Positions 13,439 through 22,135 of a stretch of 32,000 bases of DNA are shown piece by piece. Position numbers and translations under genes: made by a program. Under the pieces are notes generated by a model. It was not told the origin of the DNA. It searched no databases and saw only the letters and a program-made list of their open reading frames with translations. The stretch is taken from NCBI RefSeq assembly GCF_001017655.1, contig NZ_CP010904.1, positions 300,001 through 332,000 on the forward strand, given 5' to 3'. Source of the DNA: Kiritimatiella glycovorans. Its GTDB lineage: Bacteria > Verrucomicrobiota > Kiritimatiellia > Kiritimatiellales > Kiritimatiellaceae. Position 1 is the first letter of the stretch. Every line of letters starts with the position of its first letter.

Positions 13439-15250
13439 ATGTCCCGCCGAAAGCTTTTCTGGAAACTCGTTCCGAGTTACTGGCTGGTATTGCTCTGCTC
13501 GCTGCTGGTCCTGACCGGCTATACGTATTACTCCGCACAGTCGGTCTATTTCCGGGAACTGAAAACCACGCTCGAGGCGCGCGCGGAGGCGGTTGCCGAG
13601 CGTGCGCGGACCGAGCTGATACGCGACGAGCGGGAGGCACTGGACGCGCTCTGCCGGACGACCGCGGAACTCCTGAGCGCCCGGATCACGGTGGTGGATT
13701 CCGAGGGGCGGCTCGTCGCGAGTTCCACGGGAGGAATGCCCTCCGGCGAGGGACTCAGCGCCCGGCCGGAGCTGCGGGAGGCGCTGCAGGGCAAACGCGG
13801 GGCGCAGACCCGCTACGATCACCGCCAGGGCCGCAATCTCTTCTTCGTGGCGGTGCCGGTGGCGAACCCGAACGGCGAGGTGATCGGAGCGGTGCGCGTG
13901 GCGCGACCCGTCACGGACATCCGCAACACGCTCGATACCATGGCCGGCCGTATCCTGCTCGCGGGGCTGGCCGTGGGCGTCGTGGCCATGGTCGTGGGCG
14001 TCGTCATGGCCCGCCGGATCAGCCGCCCGCTCGAGGCGATGCGTCTGGCCGCCGAGCGGTATGCGCGCGGCGATTTCGAGCGCAAGGTCCCCGTGCCCGA
14101 AATCGAAGAGATCGGACAGCTGGCCCAGTCGATGAACTGGATGGCGGAACGGCTGAATGAAAACCTCAACACCATCCGCCAGCAGCAGCACGAACTCGAA
14201 TCGGTCCTGTCCAATATGGCGGAGGGCGTGATCGCCATCGACCGGAACGAGAGCATCATCAAGATGAATCGCGCGGCGGGCGAGATGCTGCGGGTGCATC
14301 CGGGCGAGGCGAGGGGGCGCAGTGTGCAGGAGGCGATCCGCTACGCCAATCTGCAGGATTTCATAAGCGAAATGTTCGCATCCGTCATGCCGCGCGAGGG
14401 CGACATGACCGTGTACGGGGAGCGGGACCGGCACTTTCATGTGTACGGCGTGCGCCTGCTGTCGAACGAACACAACGTCCCCGACGCCGGCGTGCTCGTC
14501 GTGCTGCACGACGTGACCCGCCTGCGTCTGCTCGAACAGATACGGCGGGACTTCGTGGCGAACGTATCCCACGAACTCAAGACGCCGGTCACCTCCATCA
14601 AGGGGTTCGTCGAGATGTTGAGCGACAGCGGGGCGGGGGACCATGGCGAACAGAAGCGTTTTCTGGACATCATCGCCCGGCAGGCCCGGCGGCTGGAGGC
14701 GATCATCACCGACCTGCTGACGCTTTCGCAAGTGGACGACGCATCGGAGCGCGGCGAATTGAGTTTCGAGAGCTGCCGTATCCTGCCCCTGCTCGAAGAT
14801 GCGCGCCACCTGTGCGAGACGCGCGCGCGCGACCGCCGGATGAAAATCGTCATCGATTGCCCGCACGATTTTTCGGCGGTGGCCAATCCGCACCTGATCG
14901 AGCAGGCGGTCGTCAATCTCCTCGACAACGCGGTGAAATACAGCGAGCCCGGCGGACAGGTCAGGGTGCGTGCCGCTCAACACTCCGGCGAGGCCAGGAT
15001 CGAAGTGAGCGACCAGGGCCAGGGTATAGACCGGCATCATCTCGACCGCCTGTTCGAGCGGTTTTACCGGGTGGACAAGAACCGGAGCCGCAAAATGGGC
15101 GGAACGGGCCTGGGGCTCGCGATCGTGAAACATATTATGCAGGTCCACGAAGGGCATGTGGAAGTGGAGAGTTCACCCGGCGAGGGCAGTACCTTCAGGC
15201 TTCGCTTTCCCCTGCAGAGCAGGGAAGGAGGTGACGCCGCAGTGAATTGA
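13439..15250 (+). CDS. phoR: PhoR-like sensor histidine kinase (603 aa)
   Basis: Met 13439 inside track ORF 13331..15250. Two TM segments flank a ~150-aa extracytoplasmic domain, followed by HAMP, PAS, H-box SHELKTPVTSIKGF, N-box LLDNAVKYS, G1 DQGQGI and G2 GGTGLGLAIVKH. Confidence 0.9.
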   Translation: MSRRKLFWKLVPSYWLVLLCSLLVLTGYTYYSAQSVYFRELKTTLEARAEAVAERARTELIRDEREALDALCRTTAELLSARITVVDSEGRLVASSTGGMPSGEGLSARPELREALQGKRGAQTRYDHRQGRNLFFVAVPVANPNGEVIGAVRVARPVTDIRNTLDTMAGRILLAGLAVGVVAMVVGVVMARRISRPLEAMRLAAERYARGDFERKVPVPEIEEIGQLAQSMNWMAERLNENLNTIRQQQHELESVLSNMAEGVIAIDRNESIIKMNRAAGEMLRVHPGEARGRSVQEAIRYANLQDFISEMFASVMPREGDMTVYGERDRHFHVYGVRLLSNEHNVPDAGVLVVLHDVTRLRLLEQIRRDFVANVSHELKTPVTSIKGFVEMLSDSGAGDHGEQKRFLDIIARQARRLEAIITDLLTLSQVDDASERGELSFESCRILPLLEDARHLCETRARDRRMKIVIDCPHDFSAVANPHLIEQAVVNLLDNAVKYSEPGGQVRVRAAQHSGEARIEVSDQGQGIDRHHLDRLFERFYRVDKNRSRKMGGTGLGLAIVKHIMQVHEGHVEVESSPGEGSTFRLRFPLQSREGGDAAVN

Positions 15251-15256
15251 GCCGGG

Positions 15257-15300
15257 GCGGAGCGCAACCGGCAAAACGGGTTGCACCGCGCACCGCTTTT
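15257..15300 (+). terminator. candidate intrinsic terminator after phoR
   Basis: GCGGAGCGC (15257-15265) pairs with GCGCACCGC (15288-15296) around an inner AACCG/CGGGTT hairpin, immediately followed by TTTT (15297-15300). Starts 7 nt after the phoR stop. Confidence 0.45.
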
Positions 15301-15350
15301 CCCTACGTTTCGGTCTCCGGTCCGGGGCGCCCGCAGTTTATGTGCAAGCG

Positions 15351-15372
15351 CTAACACAGGACTAACAAAACA
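15351..15372 (+). promoter_or_regulatory. candidate Pho box upstream of pstS
   Basis: Direct repeat CTAACAcagga CTAACAaaaca, with hexamers at 15351-15356 and 15362-15367 (11-bp spacing). It resembles the TT(A/T/C)ACA-N5 repeats of PhoP/PhoB boxes. It lies only 18 nt from the ATG at 15390, which is unusually close. Confidence 0.35.
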
Positions 15373-15389
15373 GGAGTACAAAGCACCTC

Positions 15390-16220
15390 ATGAGTTTAAT
15401 GACAAGAAAAACGATGCTGGCGGTCGCCGTTCTCACTTCTGCGATGTTCGCGTGCGGTCAGGATACGGAGAAGGTGGTCATCGACGGGTCTTCGACGGTG
15501 GGGCCGATTGCGAAAGCGTTCGCGACGTATTTCATGGCGGCCAATCCCGACATCAACGTCACCGTGAGCGAGAGCGGGAGCGGGAACGGCGCCAAGTCGA
15601 TGGTCGCCGGGAATTGCGACATCGCCGATATGTCGCGCGCCATGAAACCCGTAGAATTCAAACATGCCGTGGAAAACGATGTCCTGCCGGTGCCGCATGT
15701 GGTGGCGCTCGACGGCATCGCCCTGGTCACCCATCTGAGCAATCCCGTGCAGGAGCTTTCGATGGAGCAGATCCGCGACATCTATCTCGGCCGGATCCGC
15801 AACTGGAGCGAACTGGGCGGCCCGGCGCGTCCGATCGTGGTGATTACCCGCGATACCAACAGCGGCACGTTCGAGAGTTTCGAAAAGCTGGTCATGGGCG
15901 ATAAGAAGATCATGTCGGGCGCCGAGGTGGTCGGATCCAACGGGCAGATGCGCTCGCGGGTGGAATCGACGCCTGCCGCGATCGGCTACGTGGGGCTCGG
16001 ATTCGTCGAGGGCGTGCGCGCGCTGACGATCGACGGGGTGGAACCGACGCCGCGGGCGATCAAGACGGGCGATTACCCGGTGGCGCGCCCGCTGTTCATG
16101 TATACGGACGGCTATCCGGAACTGGGCTCGGCGCTCTACCGATTCGTCACCATCTACCTCTCATCCGAAGGCCAGGAGATTGTGGAGGATCTCGGCTTTG
16201 TGCCGGTGACTTCCTACTGA
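15390..16220 (+). CDS. pstS: phosphate ABC transporter substrate-binding protein PstS (276 aa)
   Basis: Track ORF 15390..16220. Signal/lipoprotein-like N-terminus (LAVAVLTSAMFAC-GQ). PstS-family motifs GSSTVGPIAKAF and SGSGNGAKSMVAGNCDIADMSRAMK. AGGAG at 15372-15376. Confidence 0.9.
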   Translation: MSLMTRKTMLAVAVLTSAMFACGQDTEKVVIDGSSTVGPIAKAFATYFMAANPDINVTVSESGSGNGAKSMVAGNCDIADMSRAMKPVEFKHAVENDVLPVPHVVALDGIALVTHLSNPVQELSMEQIRDIYLGRIRNWSELGGPARPIVVITRDTNSGTFESFEKLVMGDKKIMSGAEVVGSNGQMRSRVESTPAAIGYVGLGFVEGVRALTIDGVEPTPRAIKTGDYPVARPLFMYTDGYPELGSALYRFVTIYLSSEGQEIVEDLGFVPVTSY

Positions 16221-16248
16221 TGCGCCGGCGTAAGGGCGGGATGGAGTT

Positions 16249-17469
16249 ATGAAAAAAAAGAGGCGCGGCGTTCCGGCGCCGCGCCTCGCGTATGCCCCCC
16301 GCGACGGGCATGGGGAATCGAGGATGGCAGTACACAAAAGTGCGCAGCGCGATCTGACGATGAGCCGCCGGGCCAGCCGGATACAGCGCCTCGGCCGGGC
16401 GGTCGGAGAAGGATTCCTTTTTCTCGTCACCTCCCTCTCGATGCTGGCCGTGCTGTTCATCTTCTACTACATCGCCCGGGATGCGTGGCCGTTCATACGC
16501 CAGCAGGGGCTCGCTGAATTTTTCGGTTCGGGCGAATGGTATCCCTCTTCCGAGGAGCAGCCCAGCTACGGCGCGCAGGCGATTTTCTTCGGCAGTGCGA
16601 TGGTCACGCTCGGCTCGGTCGTGGTGGCCGTCCCGCTGGGGATCGCCGCCGCCGTGTGCCTGAGCGATGTGCTTCCCTTCGTCGTCCGCCAGTACGTCAA
16701 GCCGGTCATCGAGATCCTGGCCGCCATCCCCTCCGTGGCCTTCGGTTTTTTCGCGCTCGTGGTCTTCGCCCCCATCCTCCAGGAACAGGGCGGCCCCCTG
16801 CTCGCGCTCCTGTGCTGGATCGTGTTTCTGCCTGTGGCGCTGCTCGGCGCGCTGGTGCTCGGCGATGTGCTGGCGGACCGTGTTCCGGGTAAAAACCGGG
16901 GCACCCGGCGCACCGTGCTGACCTCGATTTTCGGCGTCGCCGGACTGGGACTCCTCGCCTGGGCCGGTTCCGCCCTGTCCGGCCTGGAGGTCACCTCCGG
17001 CACCAACGCGCTCAACGTGTCGTTCATTCTCGGCATGATGGCGCTGCCCACGATCGTGAGCGTGGCCGAGGACGCACTGCAGGCGACCGGGCGCGAGTTG
17101 CGCGAAGGGAGCTACGCACTCGGGGCGACGCGCGCGGAAACGCTGTGCCGCACCATCATCCCCGCGGCGATGAGCGGCATCGTGGCCGCCGTGATCCTCG
17201 GGATCATGCGCGTGATCGGGGAGACGATGGTCGTGTGGATGGCTTCGGGCAATACGGCCAAAATCCCCGCCCCGTGGTACGACTTCCTCGAACCGGTGCG
17301 GACGATCACCGCCAGCATTGCCGGCGATATGGGCGAGGCCGCGCGGGGGACGATGCGCTTTCATGTGCTCTTCACGCTCGCGCTGGCGCTGCTGGTGATC
17401 TCGTTCGTGATGAATCTCCTCAGCCAGTGGGTCGTCAACCGTCAACGCCGAAAATTGAGCGGGTCGTAA
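16249..17469 (+). CDS. pstC: phosphate ABC transporter permease PstC (406 aa as called)
   Basis: Track ORF 16249..17469, with GGAG 4 nt upstream. Multi-TM permease with an EAA-type loop (SYALGATRAETLCRTIIPAAMSGIVAAVILG). Alternative internal starts at 16324 and 16360 cannot be excluded. Confidence 0.88.
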   Translation: MKKKRRGVPAPRLAYAPRDGHGESRMAVHKSAQRDLTMSRRASRIQRLGRAVGEGFLFLVTSLSMLAVLFIFYYIARDAWPFIRQQGLAEFFGSGEWYPSSEEQPSYGAQAIFFGSAMVTLGSVVVAVPLGIAAAVCLSDVLPFVVRQYVKPVIEILAAIPSVAFGFFALVVFAPILQEQGGPLLALLCWIVFLPVALLGALVLGDVLADRVPGKNRGTRRTVLTSIFGVAGLGLLAWAGSALSGLEVTSGTNALNVSFILGMMALPTIVSVAEDALQATGRELREGSYALGATRAETLCRTIIPAAMSGIVAAVILGIMRVIGETMVVWMASGNTAKIPAPWYDFLEPVRTITASIAGDMGEAARGTMRFHVLFTLALALLVISFVMNLLSQWVVNRQRRKLSGS

Positions 17470-17470
17470 T

Positions 17471-18820
17471 ATGAAGCGGGATTCCAGACGCATCATGGAC
17501 CGGGCCTTTTCCGGCGTGGGATTGTTCTCGATCCTCGTCATGGGCCTGTTCCTGCTGTTCGTGCTCGGGCCGATCATCGGCCGCGGCATCAGCGCGTACG
17601 TGTTCCGCGGGACGATCGAACACCGCCGCTTCCTGCTCGAAAATTTCGAGCGCGGCGATTCCTCGCGCTTCGAGCGTGAGATGCAGGCCGTGCGCGAGGC
17701 GAGGCGCCCGGTCTTCCGGCACCTCCGGGAATTCGAGGCCGCCATGGATGAATCGCGCGAGCTGCGCAGCGAGTACCGTCGCTCCTTCCGCGAGCTGGAA
17801 GAGGCCGTGCATCACCTGATCGGTCCGGATCCCGAGGACAAGGCCCCCGTGCTGGTCCGCAAAAAGTACGGCGCCACCCGCCTCGACCAGGCCAGGACTC
17901 ACCTTTTCGAGGCCATGCACGAGGAGCGCTGGGTCCCCGATCCCGATAACCCCGGGGGCGCGCTGATCCGGACCCACACGCCCCGGGGCGAACACTTCGC
18001 GGGTACCCGGCTGGAACCGCTCTTCCCGTATCTCGAGGAGCATTTCGAGGCGATGCTCCAGCCCGGCTGGACCTTCTACTGGCGGTTTCTCACCGACCGT
18101 TCCATCGACTCCCACTTCTTCGGGGGGATCGGGCCGGAAGTGCTGGGCACCCTCTACCTCACCCTCGGCGCCATGCTGTTCGCCATGCCGATGGGAATCA
18201 TCGCCGCGATTTATCTGTGCGAATACGCTCGCCCGGGCCGCGTGATCAACCTCATCCGCACCTGCATAAGCACGCTGGCCGGCGTCCCGAGCATCGTGTT
18301 CGGCCTTTTCGGTCTCGCCTTTTTCCTGAACACGCTGCAGGTGACCCAGACCAAGAGCGTGCTCGCCGGTTCGCTCACGCTGGCGCTGATGATCCTGCCC
18401 ACCGTGATCCGCGCCTCGGAAGAGGCCATCCTGGCGGTCCCCGCCGCCTACAAGGAGGCCGCGCTGAGCCTGGGGGCCGGGCGCTGGCACACGATCTGCA
18501 CCGTCATTCTTCCCGCCGCCCTGCCGGGGATCCTGACCGGGGTGGTGATCAGTATGGGGCGCGCGGCCGGTGAAACGGCGCCCATCATCTTTACCGCGGC
18601 GGTCAGCATGGGCGAGCCGCTCCAGCTTTTCGACGCCTTTTCCCAGCCCACGCCCGCGCTTCCGTGGAATATCTACAACCTCGCCACGGAACACGAAGCG
18701 GTCGACCAGATCCGGCACGTCCAGTACGGGATGGTCTTTACTCTTGTCGCCATCGTGCTGATTCTGAACATTACAGCGATCGCCATCCGCGCGCGTATCT
18801 CGTCCCGACTGAAGGGTTAA
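17471..18820 (+). CDS. pstA: phosphate ABC transporter permease PstA, long form (449 aa)
   Basis: Track ORF 17471..18820, starting 1 nt after the pstC stop. TM1, then a ~175-aa hydrophilic insert, then the conserved permease core ([15 protein letters not shown]; [28 protein letters not shown]). Confidence 0.88.
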   Translation: MKRDSRRIMDRAFSGVGLFSILVMGLFLLFVLGPIIGRGISAYVFRGTIEHRRFLLENFERGDSSRFEREMQAVREARRPVFRHLREFEAAMDESRELRSEYRRSFRELEEAVHHLIGPDPEDKAPVLVRKKYGATRLDQARTHLFEAMHEERWVPDPDNPGGALIRTHTPRGEHFAGTRLEPLFPYLEEHFEAMLQPGWTFYWRFLTDRSIDSHFFGGIGPEVLGTLYLTLGAMLFAMPMGIIAAIYLCEYARPGRVINLIRTCISTLAGVPSIVFGLFGLAFFLNTLQVTQTKSVLAGSLTLALMILPTVIRASEEAILAVPAAYKEAALSLGAGRWHTICTVILPAALPGILTGVVISMGRAAGETAPIIFTAAVSMGEPLQLFDAFSQPTPALPWNIYNLATEHEAVDQIRHVQYGMVFTLVAIVLILNITAIAIRARISSRLKG

Positions 18821-18851
18821 CCCGGGCCCCGGCCCGAAAACCGGAAACAGA

Positions 18852-19754
18852 ATGACTATGAACAGCGAAACGAACGATCCGCGGGAGACCGCGGCCCCCG
18901 CCGCGGAAAACCGTCCGCATTCATCGGCCGGGTCCGCACAGGCGTCGCAGCCGACCGCCCCGCAGGAGGGGCGCCGGGAGCCGGCGGGGATGGCTTCACC
19001 CGGTCCGCATATCCGTGCCCGTGAATTCTCGGTCTATTACGGCGCGTTCGAGGCGGTCAAAAAAGTCACCTTCGATGTGCCCGAGGGACTGGTCACCGCG
19101 ATCATCGGCCCCAGCGGGTGCGGCAAGAGCACCCTGCTGCGCGCGATGAACAGGATGAACGATCTCATTCCCCGCTGCACCACCGGCGGGGAACTCGAAT
19201 TCGACGGGCGGAACATCTACGACCCGCGCATCGATGTGGTCGTCCTGCGCACCCGCATCGGCATGGTGTTCCAGAAGCCGAACGTGTTCCCGAAATCCAT
19301 CTTCGACAACGTCGCCTACGGCCCGCGCCTGCAGGGGCAGAAGAAACGCCGCGAACTGGAGGAGATCGTGGAGACCAGTCTCCGGCAGGCCGCGCTGTGG
19401 GACGAAGTCAAGGACCGGCTGGAGGATAACGCCATGGGACTCTCCGGAGGGCAGCAGCAGCGCCTCTGCATCGCCCGCGCGCTCGCCGTGCGCCCCGAGA
19501 TCCTGCTGATGGACGAACCGACCTCCGCACTCGATCCCAAGGCGACTACGAAAATCGAGGACTTGATCGGCGAGCTGCGGGGGCAGTATACTATCACCAT
19601 CGTTACGCACAATATGCAGCAGGCCGGCCGCGTCTCCGACTGTACGGCTTTTCTCTACGAGGGTGTGCTGGTGGAATTCGGCCGGACCCGGACCATGTTC
19701 ACCAACCCGCGCGAGAAACAGACGGAAGATTACATTACGGGACGATTCGGTTGA
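18852..19754 (+). CDS. pstB: phosphate ABC transporter ATP-binding protein PstB
   Basis: Walker [10 protein letters not shown], signature [14 protein letters not shown], Walker [13 protein letters not shown]. The first 46 aa are low-complexity. Met at 18990 (GGGAG 9 nt upstream) would give a canonical 254-aa PstB. Confidence 0.92.
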   Translation: MTMNSETNDPRETAAPAAENRPHSSAGSAQASQPTAPQEGRREPAGMASPGPHIRAREFSVYYGAFEAVKKVTFDVPEGLVTAIIGPSGCGKSTLLRAMNRMNDLIPRCTTGGELEFDGRNIYDPRIDVVVLRTRIGMVFQKPNVFPKSIFDNVAYGPRLQGQKKRRELEEIVETSLRQAALWDEVKDRLEDNAMGLSGGQQQRLCIARALAVRPEILLMDEPTSALDPKATTKIEDLIGELRGQYTITIVTHNMQQAGRVSDCTAFLYEGVLVEFGRTRTMFTNPREKQTEDYITGRFG

Positions 19755-19776
19755 GCCGGCGGAAAGACAAGAGACG

Positions 19777-20445
19777 ATGTCGCTTCACTTCGATAAAGAA
19801 CTCTCCAGGCTGCGCAAGCTCGTGTTCACGCTCAGCGCGCGCGTCGATGAAAACGTGGGCCGGGCCGTAAAGGCGGTCGAGGAAACCAACGCCGAAGTCG
19901 CGGTCGAAGTCATCGACAGCGATCACCGCATCGATGAGATGGAAGTGGAGGTCGAAGAAGAGTGCCTGAAGGCGCTCGCGCTCTACCAGCCCGTGGCGAT
20001 CGACCTGCGCTACATTATCGCCGTGCTCAAAATGAACAGCGACCTGGAGCGTATCGGCGACCTGGCGGTGAATATCGCCAAGAGCGGGAAACGGCTCAGC
20101 AGCCTCCCGAAAACCGAGCTGCCGCTCAACCTCTCCGAGATGGGCGATCACGTGAAGGCGATCCTCAAGAAAAGCCTCGACGCACTCATCAACCTCGACA
20201 GCGACCTCGCCCGCGAGGTGCTGTCCGATGACGACCGGATCGACGAAATGCGCAGCCGGATGTCGCGGCGACTGTCGGATAAGATGGACGACGATTTCGA
20301 GCACCGCGAGGTCTATCTCCAGCTCATCTCCGTCGTGCGCCGACTCGAACGGATCGGCGATCACGCCACCAATATCGCCGAAGACGTGATCTATATGGTC
20401 GACGCGGAAATCGTTCGCCACCAGGGCGAGATTATCGAGGACTGA
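19777..20445 (+). CDS. phoU: phosphate signalling complex protein PhoU (222 aa)
   Basis: Met 19777 inside track ORF 19663..20445. Two PhoU repeats with E/DxxxD-type metal motifs (DHRIDEMEVEVEEE..LERIGDLAVNIA; DDRIDEM..LERIGDHATNIAEDV). Confidence 0.93.
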   Translation: MSLHFDKELSRLRKLVFTLSARVDENVGRAVKAVEETNAEVAVEVIDSDHRIDEMEVEVEEECLKALALYQPVAIDLRYIIAVLKMNSDLERIGDLAVNIAKSGKRLSSLPKTELPLNLSEMGDHVKAILKKSLDALINLDSDLAREVLSDDDRIDEMRSRMSRRLSDKMDDDFEHREVYLQLISVVRRLERIGDHATNIAEDVIYMVDAEIVRHQGEIIED

Positions 20446-20530
20446 GGTCGGTTCCTTCTTCTTGACAGCGCCCCGCACCTCCCGCGACACTCCGCTCTTC
20501 GCTTTTTCCCAACCAGAGGAGTGCGCCATC

Positions 20531-21754
20531 ATGTTGAATCCGGAACAGCTCTATGCCCGGCGTATCGGCGGCGCCGATTTCGGCCGCCCGGGGGCGGTCT
20601 ACAAGTTCGGCAAGATCAAACAGGCCAAGGCGGAGGCGCGTGAACGGCGGCCCGACACCGAGCTGCTCGACTTCGGGGTCGGCGAGCCCGACCGCATGGC
20701 GCCCGCCCCCGTCAGGGAGGAACTCAAGCGCGCTGTGGACCTGCCGGAAAACCGCGGGTATGCGGACAACGGCCCCAAGCCGTTCAAACAGGCGGCCGCC
20801 GACTGGATGCGGACCGTGTTCGGAGCGGAGATCGATCCGGCGGCGGAGGTGAATCATTGCGTCGGCCTGAAACCCGCCCTCGCCATGCTCCCGCTCGCGT
20901 TCGTGAATCCCGGCGACGCGGTGCTTCACACGGTACCGGGCTATCCCGTCATCGCCACCCATACGCGCTACATGGGCGGAGAACCGGTGGCGCTCCCGCT
21001 GCACCGCGATCAGGGGTTCTGCCCCGACCTGGACGCCATCGATCCGGAAACCGCGGACCGCGCCAAACTGTTCTACGTGAACTACCCCAATAATCCGACC
21101 GGAGCCACGGCCACCGACGAGTTTTTCGACCGGCTGATCCGCTTCGCGGACAGGCACGGCATCCTGATCGTGCAGGACGCGGCCTACGCCACGCTGACCT
21201 ACGACGGCGCCCCGCGCTCCATTCTCGCCCGCCCCGGCGGGAAGGAATGCGCCCTGGAAATGCACTCGCTGAGCAAGAGCTACAATATGACCGGCTGGCG
21301 GCTGGGTTTCTTCGCCGGACCCTCCTGGGCGGTCCGGGCGCTGGCGACCGTGAAAGATCACAGCGATTCCGGCCAGTTCAAGGCGATCCAGCAGGCCGGG
21401 TGCGCGGGACTGGCCGATCCCGGCCTCGCGGAGTCCATACGCGACCACTACGAAAAACGGCTCCGGCGCATGGTGGAGCTGCTGAACGTCGCGGGTTTCG
21501 ACGCCCGGATGCCCGGCGGAACCTTCTACCTCTACGTGCCGGCCCCGAAGGCGGCGGGGAAGGTGACCTTCAGCAACGCCGAAGAGGCCTCGCTGCACCT
21601 CCTGCGCGAGCATTCCGTGTCGACCGTGCCCTGGGACGAGGCCGGACCGTACCTGCGGTTCTCCGCCACGTTCGAATCAGCCGGCGATCAGGACGATGAG
21701 CGGGTGCTGCAGGAGCTGGCCGCGAGGCTGGCCCGCGCAGACCTCCGCTTCTGA
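20531..21754 (+). CDS. class I PLP-dependent aminotransferase, possibly LL-diaminopimelate aminotransferase type (407 aa)
   Basis: Met 20531 (AGAGGA at 20515-20520) inside track ORF 20462..21754. Motifs DFGVGEPD, NYPNNPTGA and PLP-lysine SLSKSYNMTGWRLGF. The DapL-type assignment comes from remembered family resemblance only. Confidence 0.85.
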   Translation: MLNPEQLYARRIGGADFGRPGAVYKFGKIKQAKAEARERRPDTELLDFGVGEPDRMAPAPVREELKRAVDLPENRGYADNGPKPFKQAAADWMRTVFGAEIDPAAEVNHCVGLKPALAMLPLAFVNPGDAVLHTVPGYPVIATHTRYMGGEPVALPLHRDQGFCPDLDAIDPETADRAKLFYVNYPNNPTGATATDEFFDRLIRFADRHGILIVQDAAYATLTYDGAPRSILARPGGKECALEMHSLSKSYNMTGWRLGFFAGPSWAVRALATVKDHSDSGQFKAIQQAGCAGLADPGLAESIRDHYEKRLRRMVELLNVAGFDARMPGGTFYLYVPAPKAAGKVTFSNAEEASLHLLREHSVSTVPWDEAGPYLRFSATFESAGDQDDERVLQELAARLARADLRF

Positions 21755-21808
21755 GCGGATCCAGTTCCGCGCCCTGGCCCACGCCGGGATCAGCGCCCGG
21801 GAATCGAT

Positions 21809-21958
21809 CGTTCGTAGTAGCGCCGCAAGCCTGCCCCCGCAGGCCAGGCGCGTGAAAGATAACGGCCCTGGCCCCGCTTCGCGGGTCTGCGGGCCTACTA
21901 CGAACGTAAGAGAGCGCGCACGATCTCTTTGCCTGTGCTCTTCTCATTCATCTTTGCG
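21809..21958 (+). repeat. structured intergenic repeat A, copy 1 (~150 bp)
   Basis: About 90% identical to 25942-26090 in the same orientation. Perfect 12-bp closing stem CGTTCGTAGTAG (21809-21820) / CTACTACGAACG (21895-21906) encloses two GC hairpins joined by TGAAAGATAAC. A conserved 52-nt tail follows. Confidence 0.85.
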
Positions 21959-22018
21959 ATCCCGGCGCCTTTGCGAGAGACCTTTCCTGTGTTTTCGACC
22001 ACGGATTACCGATGACAC

Positions 22019-22088
22019 GGATGGGATCGCGCCTTCGGCGCTCCGAGTACGCGTACGAGTACGCGTACGAGTACGAATTATGTTCACC
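22019..22088 (+). repeat. repeat B, copy 1: GC hairpin plus GAGTAC/GCGTAC hexamer array
   Basis: GGATGGGATCGCGCCTTCGGCGCTCC + (GAGTAC GCGTAC GAGTAC GCGTAC GAGTAC, 22045-22074) + GAATTATGTTCACC. Its reverse complement matches 26181-26244, which has one hexamer fewer. Confidence 0.85.
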
Positions 22089-22135
22089 TCTTCTTTTGAA
22101 ATACACCCCCGTGAACATAACGGATGAAACGGGTC

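Noticed and set aside
13412-15157. 581-aa minus-strand ORF.
   Set aside because: Antisense to phoR, which has complete H/N/G1/G2 boxes. No motifs and a His/Arg/Asp-rich shadow composition.
16147-18718. Minus-strand ORFs 16147..17745 (532 aa) and 17435..18718 (427 aa).
   Set aside because: Antisense to pstC and pstA. Extremely Arg/His/Gly/Asp/Glu-rich with no TM segments or motifs, whereas the + strand encodes canonical permeases.
20432-21613. 393-aa minus-strand ORF.
   Set aside because: Antisense to the aminotransferase, which carries NPTG and SxSK PLP motifs. No motifs of its own.
21809-21906. Repeat A as an integron attC site or a hammerhead-type ribozyme.
   Set aside because: The stem ends do not fit the attC R''/R' consensus (RYYYAAC / GTTRRRY), and no intI or cassette array is present. 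The junction lacks the hammerhead CUGANGA and GAAA cores, and two of the three junction strands have zero unpaired nucleotides.
21895-21951. Small minus-strand ORF inside repeat A (MNEKSTGKEIVRALLRS, ending in a tandem TAG TAG that forms the closing stem), present in both copies. Also the track ORFs starting MRRAQAKRSCALSYVRSRPA.
   Set aside because: No Shine-Dalgarno sequence. Both nucleotide differences between the copies are non-synonymous in this frame (E to K, A to S). The longer frames diverge through indels after 20 aa. Conservation is better explained by nucleic-acid structure.
22045-22074. Hexamer arrays as a CRISPR array.
   Set aside because: The repeat unit is only 6 bp (12 bp at most), with no spacers, no cas genes and no leader.
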